Source: a virus
Length of the DNA: 17,171 nucleotides
Virus record (IMG/VR): IMGVR_UViG_3300045988_066371
Strand: one strand, 5' to 3'
A model generated the notes under the pieces. That model did no database searches. It was not told where the DNA came from and worked only from the letters and a program-made list of their open reading frames with translations. Of the stretch, positions 5,232 through 13,161 are shown piece after piece; the stretch's first letter is position 1, and each line of letters starts with the position of its first letter. The translations under genes and the position numbers were made by a program.

Positions 5232-6962
5232 ATGCCAACCACTCCAGTGGTGACGCCGAAACAGCAGTTGCGACCGCTCACCGAATTCAATAACGCGCAG
5301 ATTCTCAATATGATTCGCAACGAGGCGTCGCCCGAATATCAGAGGCGTATGCCAAGTGCGACTCAGATGAACATGGACCGCCAAATGGCTACGCTCATGT
5401 CCAGCACCCAGCTGAAGAACGAGTTTTACTCGGCTCTGGTGAATCGTATCGGCGGCACCTACGTGAACACGTGGCGTTGGAATAACCCTCTTGGCATTTT
5501 CCAGCGTGCATCTCAGGCGTATGGCGACACGTGGCAGGAAATCGCCGTCGGTATGCCGCTCGCTCAGGTGTACGACCCGGACGCGGAGTACTTGGGCGCG
5601 GATAATTTCCGCAAGTGGAAAATCGACGTGGACAGCCTCTACCACCGTCTTGACTTTGCCCACTTCTACCCTGCGACAACGGATGATAAGACGCTCCAGC
5701 GTGCGTTCACCTCCGAAAATGGTTTGGCCTCGCTCACTTCACAGATTCTCACCTCCTGCTATAACGCGGCCGAGGTGGACTTGTTCGAGGCCATGTGTCA
5801 CCAGTTCGTCGAGTACGCAAAGCTCGGCGGATATTGGCGCGTACACATGGGACATGACCTTAACGACATGGGTTCGACGGAAACCGACGCGCGCGACATG
5901 TTGAGGCAGATTCGCGCATGGGCCGACACGCTGAAATTCGTCTCCACCCGATATAATGCGCGTCACATGCCGACCTTTGCCCGCCCGGATGAGCTTGTGT
6001 TGTTCTGCTCCCCCGAGGTCAAGTCAGCGCTTGATGTTCAGGGTCTGGCCACGGTGTTCCAGCGCACGGATGCGGAGCCGACCATCGACCGGATTATCGT
6101 CATCCCACAGGACAGGTTCGGCATGAATGGCGTGCAAGCCATCCTCACCACTGATAAATTCCTCATTGATATCCCCGTCATCAATGAGATGACCCAGCAG
6201 ACCAACCCGGTGAACATCAATTCAGTCAACCATTACCTGCATGTCCAGCATATCATCTCGGTGTCCGGCTTCGCCCCCGCCGTCATGTTCTGGACGGGCG
6301 CGGGTTCCACTGCTAACGTGGTGACGCCTACCAGTACGGCAGCCAAGACGCCGACCTTCCAGCTCAAACTCACCATGTACGGCGGCGGCGCGGAAACCCC
6401 AACGAACGTAACACGTGGAGGTGCGGTACAGGTCACTGCCGACACGACCATCTCCAACGACGGTACGGCCACATTCCGCTCGAATGCCGTCGAGTACGCC
6501 ATCGGCGACACCGCCAAGCCGAAGAGCAATTACACCTACATTTCGCCTACCGGCGTGCTGGTGGTCGGTTTGGATGAGCCGAACACCGCTATCCCGGTCA
6601 CGGCGACCGCCCTGTACACGAATCCGGCGACGCCTGAAGTGCCGGGCGCCGTGTCCGCAGCTCTGGACGTGCCGGTGGTCGGTGACGGTGTTATCGGATT
6701 CAACCCGTCCATCATTGCATCGATTGCCGTCAACGCCTCGAACGTGACTATGGGTCATACGGCACAGGCGACCGCCACGGCGACCATGATTGACGGGCGA
6801 ACCGCCGACGTGACCGCGCAAGCCGCATGGACGTCCGGCACTCCGGCGAACGCCACCGTATCCGAGTCCGGTGTGGTGACTGGAATCAAGGCGGGCAGCT
6901 CTGATATCACCGCCACGTTGTTCGGCGTGTCCGGTAAAAAGAGCGTGACCGTGACCGCGTGA
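5232..6962 (+). CDS. Major capsid protein, phi29 gp8 family, with C-terminal Ig-like (Big_2) domain(s) (576 aa)
   Basis: SD AGGAAGGA precedes the start. N-terminal matches to recalled phi29 gp8: ILNMIRNE...MPSAT versus IVNAIRNS...VPLAT, and FYSALVNRIG...NNPLGIF versus FITSLVDRIG...NNPLKKF. The C-terminal approximately 80 aa (nt about 6720-6959; VTMGHTAQATATATMIDGRTADVT...WTSGTPANATVSESGVVTGIKAGSSDITATLFG) is a textbook Big_2 fold signature. A second Ig-like segment probably lies upstream of it. Confidence 0.93.
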   Translation: MPTTPVVTPKQQLRPLTEFNNAQILNMIRNEASPEYQRRMPSATQMNMDRQMATLMSSTQLKNEFYSALVNRIGGTYVNTWRWNNPLGIFQRASQAYGDTWQEIAVGMPLAQVYDPDAEYLGADNFRKWKIDVDSLYHRLDFAHFYPATTDDKTLQRAFTSENGLASLTSQILTSCYNAAEVDLFEAMCHQFVEYAKLGGYWRVHMGHDLNDMGSTETDARDMLRQIRAWADTLKFVSTRYNARHMPTFARPDELVLFCSPEVKSALDVQGLATVFQRTDAEPTIDRIIVIPQDRFGMNGVQAILTTDKFLIDIPVINEMTQQTNPVNINSVNHYLHVQHIISVSGFAPAVMFWTGAGSTANVVTPTSTAAKTPTFQLKLTMYGGGAETPTNVTRGGAVQVTADTTISNDGTATFRSNAVEYAIGDTAKPKSNYTYISPTGVLVVGLDEPNTAIPVTATALYTNPATPEVPGAVSAALDVPVVGDGVIGFNPSIIASIAVNASNVTMGHTAQATATATMIDGRTADVTAQAAWTSGTPANATVSESGVVTGIKAGSSDITATLFGVSGKKSVTVTA

Positions 6963-6968
6963 TATGAT

Positions 6969-6996
6969 GAGAGGGTAGCCGGTTGGCTACTCTCTC
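6969..6996 (+). promoter_or_regulatory. Stem-loop GAGAGGGTAGCC-GGTT-GGCTACTCTCTC just after the capsid gene
   Basis: 12-bp stem with one G-U pair and a 4-nt loop. It lies upstream of the stronger terminator hairpin. Confidence 0.4.
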
Positions 6997-7018
6997 TCAT
7001 GGTGTGATGCAGGACAAG

Positions 7019-7059
7019 GCCCGGAGCGTAACCCACGTGAGCGCTCCGGGCTTTGTTAT
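7019..7059 (+). terminator. Rho-independent terminator after the scaffold-capsid pair
   Basis: GCCCGGAGCG (7019-7028) pairs perfectly with CGCTCCGGGC (7042-7051) and is followed by TTTGTTATAT. Confidence 0.75.
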
Positions 7060-7071
7060 ATCGGAGGTTGG

Positions 7072-9405
7072 ATGATGATTGACGATGTGAATACCTACGT
7101 GGAAGCTAATTTTTCTTGGGCGGAATGGACGCCCAACACTACGCTGAAACTCTGCCGCGTCCCGTGGGATGCATCCTACCGGGATGTCGTGCGGTTTGTT
7201 TCACGTGAAACACAGGAACAATGGTTCGATAAGTTGGATGGCGTGGAATGCCGACCGGCCACCATGCATATTTTCAACGCGCCTGCCCGCGTCGAACTTC
7301 CGTTTAATGAGGCGTCGAACTGGAATTATCTGGTGGCCTATAATGATTACCCCGGTTTGGAGGGGCCGCGCGCTTGGTATTACTTCATTCAGCGTGTCGA
7401 ATACGTCAATGCCCATTGCACGCAACTGGTTTTGATGTTGGACGTATGGCAGAGTTTCCAGCATGATGTCACGTTTGGCAGTTGTTATGTGACGCGCGGC
7501 CATATCGGTGTGGCCAATGAACGCCAGTGGGATGGTTATGGGAGAACCTATCTGGCACTTCCAGAGGGTTTGGATACCGGCAGTGAGATGGTAACGACGG
7601 CACAGCGGTATCATTCCATCATATCCGGAGAGCATCGGGATACTGTCGATGGGAAGGGGTTGGATTGGGTTGATTATGGCGTTATCATTGTGAGCACCAC
7701 GGATTTGACCAAGGCGCCCGGCAGTGAGTCGAAACCCGATTTGCGCACGGCGACGGGCAGTATATTCGAGGGTGCGACGGACGGATGCAATGTCTACTAT
7801 TGCAACTCTCGAATAAGTTACGTGTGGAACATCATGGCGGCTGGCACATCATACCCGTGGGTCACTCAGGGCATTTGCGCCGTGTACATGGTGCCGAAAA
7901 TCCCACAGGATTACATCAATCGCTACGGTCAGGAGGTAACACAAATCTTCGGCCAGTCGGTTGACGCGCAACATGGACGAGTCTATGGTTTCCAAAGCGG
8001 CGTGGACTCGGACATGCGTTACGAGGATATCATGACGGTAGACAATTTCAGGAATCTTTTTAACATCCCGCAACGATACCGCAATCTCCGTAAACTCCGC
8101 TGTTACCCCTATTGCGTCGTGGAATGCAGTTGCCTCAACGGAACGACCGTCAACTATAGGCCGGAGGATATCCAGTCCGATAACCTTACCATTCGAGAAA
8201 CGTACACATATGCCCCGTCCGGTACACGAATCAATTTCTACGCCCCCGGATACAATGAGGCCGGAGCGGACACGCTGCATCCAATCCAAATCAACAACCG
8301 AGGTTACGGTCTGCCTATCGACGGTGGGGAAATGCTCAATGCAAGCTTCGGTATCACCAACCTCCCTCATTTCAGCGTTGTCAACAATGGCGGCGCACTG
8401 GCTATGGCAAACAGTGCGTACACTCGCGCCTACGCTCAGGAATCCGCGCAGTGGACGCGACAAAAAGCATTGGCGTCGGCGGATGTCGCCAATTCAAACG
8501 CAATGTGGCAACGCGAATACGCCGCACAGCAAACCAATTGGGCCAATGAGAATCGCACCGCGAACAATGCAATCACGGCCAACTCGCTGAACCAGTCCCT
8601 TGCCATCAGTCAAGACCGAACCAGCCAGATGGCCGGATTGCAGGTGCAGCAGAACATCAGCAACAATAATCTCAACGGCATGGCCGGGGCCATCGGCGGC
8701 AGTCTGAACGCCATTGCCTCTCGTAACCCGATGGGAGTGGTGAACGCTGTCGGCGGCGCGTTCCTCGGCACCGCGCAGATGGACATAGCCAACCACGGCA
8801 TTAATTCCTCGGCGGCAATCTCAAACTCCACCGCCGCATCCAGTACGGCGAATCAGATAGCCACCAATACGGCGGCCACCTCGCAGGCAAACGCCTACGC
8901 GAGCGGAGCAACCGGATTGGGTAACCAGCTCAATGCCATCACCTCACAAGCCAATTATGGGCTGGCCGCCTACGCCGCCCAAGGAGACTATCAGAACGCT
9001 ATCGCGGGAATCAACGCGCAGGTACAGCAAATGCAGTTGACGCCGCCGACCGTCTCGGGCGCGCTTGGTGGAGACATGTTTAATCTGAGCAATGGTATCA
9101 TGGGTGTGTTGGTCAGGTTTAAGACGTGCGCCCCCAGTGCTCTGAGGGCCGCAGGCGAGTACATGCTAAGGTATGGGTATTTTGTTCAGCGCTTCATCAC
9201 CCCGCCCGCCTCGTTGGAATGTATGGAGAAATTCACGTTTTGGCAGATGCAGGAAGCGTATGTGAGAGGCACGTTGCCGGAGGAATACCGTTTGACCATC
9301 AAGGGCATGTTCGAGCGGGGCGTGACCGTATGGAGCAAGCCGGAGTATATTGGGGTGACGGACTGGGCGGACAATGAGCCGCTTTCGGACATTGGTTACG
9401 AGTGA
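7072..9405 (+). CDS. Tail knob / distal tube protein, phi29 gp9 family, with a large central Q/N/A/G-rich insertion (777 aa)
   Basis: SD GGAGG (7063-7067) precedes the start. The N-terminal pattern L.LCRVPWDASYRDVVRF.S...Q.QWF ... WYYFIQRVEYVN...DVWQSF matches recalled phi29 gp9 (ILADVPFSNDYKNTRWF.S..NQYNWF ... WFYAFVTELEFKN...DVLQTW). It occupies the gp9 position, just upstream of the portal gene as in phi29. Confidence 0.85.
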   Translation: MMIDDVNTYVEANFSWAEWTPNTTLKLCRVPWDASYRDVVRFVSRETQEQWFDKLDGVECRPATMHIFNAPARVELPFNEASNWNYLVAYNDYPGLEGPRAWYYFIQRVEYVNAHCTQLVLMLDVWQSFQHDVTFGSCYVTRGHIGVANERQWDGYGRTYLALPEGLDTGSEMVTTAQRYHSIISGEHRDTVDGKGLDWVDYGVIIVSTTDLTKAPGSESKPDLRTATGSIFEGATDGCNVYYCNSRISYVWNIMAAGTSYPWVTQGICAVYMVPKIPQDYINRYGQEVTQIFGQSVDAQHGRVYGFQSGVDSDMRYEDIMTVDNFRNLFNIPQRYRNLRKLRCYPYCVVECSCLNGTTVNYRPEDIQSDNLTIRETYTYAPSGTRINFYAPGYNEAGADTLHPIQINNRGYGLPIDGGEMLNASFGITNLPHFSVVNNGGALAMANSAYTRAYAQESAQWTRQKALASADVANSNAMWQREYAAQQTNWANENRTANNAITANSLNQSLAISQDRTSQMAGLQVQQNISNNNLNGMAGAIGGSLNAIASRNPMGVVNAVGGAFLGTAQMDIANHGINSSAAISNSTAASSTANQIATNTAATSQANAYASGATGLGNQLNAITSQANYGLAAYAAQGDYQNAIAGINAQVQQMQLTPPTVSGALGGDMFNLSNGIMGVLVRFKTCAPSALRAAGEYMLRYGYFVQRFITPPASLECMEKFTFWQMQEAYVRGTLPEEYRLTIKGMFERGVTVWSKPEYIGVTDWADNEPLSDIGYE

Positions 9406-9411
9406 TACAAT
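9403..9411 (+). promoter_or_regulatory. Candidate extended -10 (TGATACAAT) positioned for a leaderless portal mRNA
   Basis: The last T of the -10 is at 9411 and the A of ATG is at 9418 (+7). There is no SD upstream of the portal ATG. The geometry is identical at 13147-13164. Confidence 0.4.
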
Positions 9412-9417
9412 AGCGAT

Positions 9418-10368
9418 ATGAGTAGGTCTAAAAAGAATCGAGTTGGCGGCGCGTTGCATCCGCGTGGCAACTACGCGAAAACACGCGCGGCCACACTTGA
9501 TGACATGTATCTTCATTTGCTGATGGAACTGGCGTTAAACCGTTTCAGTTGGCGAGGATTACCGCCCACCGTGGACGAACGTTGGCTGGAAATATGTCTG
9601 TGCGAATACGGTTGCGCGTTGTTTTTCGAGGATAAACGTATAGGCCGGTTCCTCGTAACACAGGCCGGATATCAAGGCAGATTGAACGTGTACAATAATC
9701 CAACATGCTTCGAGCCGGTAGGTGTCAACTACCATTATCGGCAGCTCAAAGCGGGGGCGGAATGCATTCCGATTTGGGATAATCGAATGCGCGTCGGATT
9801 CAAGCCGACGTTATGGCAGTACGCGCGACGCCTTGCCGATATCGACAAGGCGTATGATATGAATCTGGAAAGCCTGAAACTACCGACCATTATCACCGCC
9901 GACCCCCGCACGAAACTCACCGTGCAAAACATGCTTCAGCAACGGCAGGACGGGCAGGATTATATCATCGGATACGACTCTCTCGACCCCGGTAGCATGT
10001 TTCAGCCGTGGCCCAACACAACACCCTACCTTTTAGACAAGTTCGTCCAGCAAAAAACGCAGGTGACTAATGAGGTGTTGGGATACCTCGGTATCCAGTC
10101 ATCCGGCACCGAAAAAAAAGAACGGCTTATCTCCGACGAAGTGGCACAAGCCAACGAGAAGGTAGACGTGTTTCGATTGAGTTTCCTCAAGGCGCGGCAG
10201 GCTGCGGCAACCGAGATTAACCGATTGTGGCCGCAGCTTAACGTCTGGGTAGAGTACGCGGACGCGCAAAGCTCCGGCGTACCCAACGCGCTGGACTCCA
10301 GCGCAAGCGGTACGACGGATATTGACATGCCCGCCTCGTATGATGCGGGTATCGGGGGTGTGTTGTAA
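9418..10368 (+). CDS. Portal (connector / upper collar) protein, phi29 gp10 family (316 aa)
   Basis: Matches to recalled phi29 gp10: NRFSWRGLPPT versus QLFEWENLPPT; VYNNPT versus VYNQAT; GTEKKERLISDEVAQANEKVD versus [21 protein letters not shown]. The basic N-terminus (MSRSKKNR...) resembles the pRNA-binding N-terminus of gp10. Confidence 0.93.
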   Translation: MSRSKKNRVGGALHPRGNYAKTRAATLDDMYLHLLMELALNRFSWRGLPPTVDERWLEICLCEYGCALFFEDKRIGRFLVTQAGYQGRLNVYNNPTCFEPVGVNYHYRQLKAGAECIPIWDNRMRVGFKPTLWQYARRLADIDKAYDMNLESLKLPTIITADPRTKLTVQNMLQQRQDGQDYIIGYDSLDPGSMFQPWPNTTPYLLDKFVQQKTQVTNEVLGYLGIQSSGTEKKERLISDEVAQANEKVDVFRLSFLKARQAAATEINRLWPQLNVWVEYADAQSSGVPNALDSSASGTTDIDMPASYDAGIGGVL

Positions 10369-10601
10369 TGATGACTTGTGACACTATGGTAAGACTTGTA
10401 TCTGAAATGTATGAAATCGCCAATAAAATCAGTAAGGCGCAAAAAGCTCTGGATAGCTATGAAAACGGGGGCTTGTCCATGTCCGACCAATCTGCGGAGC
10501 TACTGAAAAAACAGGTTATTGCAATGAAAGCATATCATGATATCGTCGCCGAACGTATTAACCACCAAACAGGGGAGGCCATGTATGGTACAGAGTTTTA
10601 G
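10368..10601 (+). CDS. Small helical hypothetical protein (77 aa) between portal and lower collar
   Basis: ATG10368 overlaps the portal TAA by 1 nt (TAATG), and the 3' end overlaps the next gene by 17 nt. The composition predicts a helical protein. I know of no phi29 counterpart at this position. Confidence 0.5.
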   Translation: MMTCDTMVRLVSEMYEIANKISKAQKALDSYENGGLSMSDQSAELLKKQVIAMKAYHDIVAERINHQTGEAMYGTEF

Positions 10602-11379
10602 CGCCTACGCAATGGAAACACCGGGCGAATACACCGAAACTCTCGGCAATCTCATTGACATGGGCTACGACACGGACACTAAACTACATCTCAGCGCCAA
10701 CTATTACCCGATTTATGATGAATCACATCGTGCGGAACTGAACGAGAAAATCATCCGACATTACGCGCTAAGGGAGATTGGACAGGAAACCGCGCAGATG
10801 TTCGTCTTCTATCTGGGCGCGACCATGGCGGAAATCATGCCGTATTTTAACGAGCGCTACCGGACGTTGGACATGGAATACAACCCGCTGGACTCTATGG
10901 ACATGACAACGGACAGTGAGAACGGCAGTGAATCCCAGTCATCCGGCAGGGCATCCAGTACGCAGGATTCCACCAGCTCCAGCACGTCCAAATCGGACAA
11001 TTCGAGTACCACCACATCCAAGAGTTTCGATAGTGACGTGCCTCAAACCGGCGTCGTGGGCGACTTCGCACGCTACGCCTCCCACGCGAACGAATCGCAG
11101 GCGGACAGCTCGGGCACCGCTTCCAGTTCGCAGGATTCAACCAGCCACACCACCGCGCAAAGCGCGACCGACTACCAACACGACTCCAGCAATTCCAGAG
11201 GCAAGAGCCGTGTAACCGGCAGGAGTCAGAGCGCCATGAGCCTGATTCAGGAATACCGGAACGCCATCATCAATGTGGACATGGAAATCGTGCGGAGCCT
11301 CGAACCGTGTTTCATGCAGGTGTGGGGCTCGTATGATACTATTTTCAGTAACTGCCATAATTATGGAGAATGGGAGTAA
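10585..11379 (+). CDS. Lower collar protein, phi29 gp11-like, with an S/T-rich internal insertion (264 aa)
   Basis: GGGGAGG (10572-10578) lies 6 nt before ATG10585. The YPIYDESHRAELNEKIIRHYALREIGQET..F...L...M....P.FN.RY signature is typical of lower-collar proteins of phi29-like/P68-like phages (recalled). The gene lies downstream of the portal gene. Confidence 0.7.
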   Translation: MVQSFSAYAMETPGEYTETLGNLIDMGYDTDTKLHLSANYYPIYDESHRAELNEKIIRHYALREIGQETAQMFVFYLGATMAEIMPYFNERYRTLDMEYNPLDSMDMTTDSENGSESQSSGRASSTQDSTSSSTSKSDNSSTTTSKSFDSDVPQTGVVGDFARYASHANESQADSSGTASSSQDSTSHTTAQSATDYQHDSSNSRGKSRVTGRSQSAMSLIQEYRNAIINVDMEIVRSLEPCFMQVWGSYDTIFSNCHNYGEWE

Positions 11380-11381
11380 TC

Positions 11382-12044
11382 ATGGTTGCCATTAACGCTT
11401 TGATTCCACGGCAACGCCTGTTTGACGGGGTGCCCACATCCGTTCCGTTCACGTATCGGGACGGATTGACCACGTTGCAGTTAATCGAATGCCTGCGTCA
11501 CAATCTTGATGCTTTGCAGTCAGATTTTAACGCTCTGGTTGAGTCGGTAAATACTGCGATTGACGCCAACAATCAGGACATCAAAAATATGGCCGATAAC
11601 CTGCTCAGACAGATGGCCACCCTCCGTGAGGAACTCATCAGGCTTATCGAACAATCACAGGTCACAGGGTTGGCATGGTCACCGGTATATGGCGAACAGG
11701 ACGCCTTGCAAACAGTGCTTGACGGAATGTACGACAACGCTCGTAATCATGGACTGTTTTGGGGGGATTATGACAATATGCAGCTCGAAGCGTCCATGTA
11801 TGACGCTCTGGGGTTGTCCGCGCGTGAATATGATTTACGCGCCACTGCCGTTGATAATTGCGTACCCGGCGATTTTCCGGGACGTTCGCAATTCCCGTAC
11901 GGCAAGAGCATCCCCGAGGGCGAACCCGCTGATGTTTACCTTACTCAGGACAGCGCGGACGCCAAATATGTCCAGCGCAACCCAACGGCGAGCCTAAACC
12001 GTCTGATGACTCATGGTCAGCATGGAACCTTATCGTATAAATAA
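11382..12044 (+). CDS. Putative tail/appendage structural protein (220 aa, central coiled-coil)
   Basis: GGGAG (11372-11376) lies 5 nt before ATG11382, 2 nt after the upstream stop. It sits between the lower collar and fibre genes. The function is inferred from position only. Confidence 0.5.
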   Translation: MVAINALIPRQRLFDGVPTSVPFTYRDGLTTLQLIECLRHNLDALQSDFNALVESVNTAIDANNQDIKNMADNLLRQMATLREELIRLIEQSQVTGLAWSPVYGEQDALQTVLDGMYDNARNHGLFWGDYDNMQLEASMYDALGLSAREYDLRATAVDNCVPGDFPGRSQFPYGKSIPEGEPADVYLTQDSADAKYVQRNPTASLNRLMTHGQHGTLSYK

Positions 12045-12105
12045 TATTCCAACGATAATAGTATCGAAAACTATCGGATAAAATCATTGTCAAGGAGGTA
12101 TCATA

Positions 12106-13089
12106 ATGTCCAGTATTAACAAAACCCCGCACTATAATCTCAGCCAGTTCGGAGACAGCCCGGACGATAAACCGTCATGGCGCGGCGACTACACCGGCGA
12201 CATGAGCAAAATCGATTCGCAGATGTACCGCAACGAAACCGACGCCACCACCGCAACGTCTACCGCCAACACGGCCAAGACCACAGCGGACAGTGCGCTC
12301 TCATTGGCGCAAGCCAATAAAGCGGATATCACCGAACAGGAATCGTATTTTAATGCGCTTGGCGTCACGTCCGCGCAGACCGCGCAAGCACTCATGTCTA
12401 CCATCAACGGCAAGGCGGAAAATACGGCGCTCACCTCACTGCAAGGCACGGTGTCCTCGTTGTCCGATACCGTCAACGGCAAGGCGAACACCGCTGAGGT
12501 GTACACCAAAGCGCAGGCGGATGCACGATATACTCAGCAGGGCGGGTATTCGGGCACCGCACAGGCGCTTAATCAGCGCATCGATACCAACACATCCAAT
12601 ATCACTGCGATGCAGTCATGGCAAGATGCATGGCACGATTGGACTTCGTTAGGTGATTTCAATTACACTGTAACCCCCTCTCAAATTGCGGTACTGCCCA
12701 ACATCTCCAACATCCAATGCTATTACAATGAGACGCTGGGGATGATTAAGGTTTTCGGCAGCTTTGGGTGCGAGGGTAGTTCGCAGAGTGCGCCTAATTT
12801 TAACTCCATCACCATCAAGAGCTCACAACCGCTCCCCGCAGGAATGCGGCCAAGCTCGCAAATTAACATGATTGCAACTATGTGGTGGTTCATGAACGGG
12901 TCGGGATATAATCTTTATTCCTACGACCAGCTTCTATCAAGTCGTGCCGCCGTCATCGTCGATACCAGCGGATATGTGCATATAGGTGAAATGACCTCCT
13001 CGGGCACGTACACAACGAGCGTGGGCACGCATGCAAGGCAGGGTGCTCGAATAGTGTTGCCGCAAAGCATTTACACACTCACTCAATGA
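12106..13089 (+). CDS. Tail fibre / receptor-binding appendage protein (327 aa)
   Basis: Strong SD AAGGAGG (12092-12098). The N-terminal YNLSQFGD....W.GD...DM.KID motif and the TKAQADARY motif are common in Gram-positive phage fibres. There is an A/T/S-rich coiled stalk followed by a globular C-terminal domain. Confidence 0.7.
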   Translation: MSSINKTPHYNLSQFGDSPDDKPSWRGDYTGDMSKIDSQMYRNETDATTATSTANTAKTTADSALSLAQANKADITEQESYFNALGVTSAQTAQALMSTINGKAENTALTSLQGTVSSLSDTVNGKANTAEVYTKAQADARYTQQGGYSGTAQALNQRIDTNTSNITAMQSWQDAWHDWTSLGDFNYTVTPSQIAVLPNISNIQCYYNETLGMIKVFGSFGCEGSSQSAPNFNSITIKSSQPLPAGMRPSSQINMIATMWWFMNGSGYNLYSYDQLLSSRAAVIVDTSGYVHIGEMTSSGTYTTSVGTHARQGARIVLPQSIYTLTQ

Positions 13090-13101
13090 AACAACTAACC
13101 C

Positions 13102-13139
13102 ATGCCCCACGGTCATTGCCGTGGGGCATACTTTATTAT
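13102..13139 (+). terminator. Rho-independent terminator after the fibre gene
   Basis: ATGCCCCACGG (13102-13112) pairs perfectly with CCGTGGGGCAT (13119-13129) and is followed by ACTTTATTAT. Confidence 0.75.
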
Positions 13140-13146
13140 CGGGGAA

Positions 13147-13155
13147 TGATAGTAT
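13147..13155 (+). promoter_or_regulatory. Candidate extended -10 (TGATAGTAT) positioned for a leaderless tail-lysin mRNA
   Basis: It lies just downstream of a terminator. The last T is at 13155 and the A of ATG at 13162 (+7). There is no SD within 12 nt of the ATG. Confidence 0.45.
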
Positions 13156-13161
13156 ATAAGC

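Noticed and set aside
5061-5663. 200-aa minus-strand ORF overlapping the scaffold and capsid genes
   Set aside because: It is antisense to a capsid gene with clear gp8 homology. The translation is R/H/V-rich, typical of an open antisense frame in GC-rich coding DNA.
6222-6821. 199-aa minus-strand ORF (and the plus-strand alternative-frame ORF 6415..6747) inside the capsid Ig-like region
   Set aside because: The translations are Arg/Gly/Pro-rich and low in complexity, with no SD. Both are fully embedded in a homology-supported CDS.
7849-8463. 204-aa minus-strand ORF inside the tail-knob gene
   Set aside because: It is antisense to a gp9-like CDS, with no start context and no motifs.
9959-9967. 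Perfect extended -10 (TGATATAAT) on the minus strand inside the portal gene
   Set aside because: There is no downstream minus-strand ORF or structured element. One perfect hit on the non-coding strand is about what chance allows. An antisense RNA cannot be excluded but is unsupported.
10026-10490. 154-aa minus-strand ORF across the portal/small-ORF junction
   Set aside because: It is antisense to the most conserved portal segment (EKKER...DEV) and has no translation signals.
10916-11215. Alternative-frame plus-strand ORFs (10916..11215, 12293..12652, 8210..8590, 4084..4428) with Arg/Pro-rich translations
   Set aside because: They are embedded out of frame in homology-supported genes and have no SDs. 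Their composition is typical of off-frame reading of GC-rich or repeat-rich coding DNA.
1644-11342. Genome-wide enrichment of TGATANNAT as a phage promoter motif (plus-strand hits seen at 1644, 2159, 6960, 9403, 11334, 13147)
   Set aside because: By eye I also found about four hits on the minus strand (1643, 9092, 9959, 14488), where no genes lie. The motif alone is therefore not discriminating. Only the two sites with exact N6-ATG geometry, and the intergenic one at 2159, were kept as candidates. The sites at 1644, 6960 and 11334 remain unproven.
12045-12105. Short CGATA/TATCG inverted and direct repeats and TAGTAT/TAAAAT boxes between the appendage and fibre genes
   Set aside because: The stems are only 5 bp, there is no U-tract, no -35/-10 pair has proper spacing, and a 6-mer like TAGTAT is expected several times by chance.
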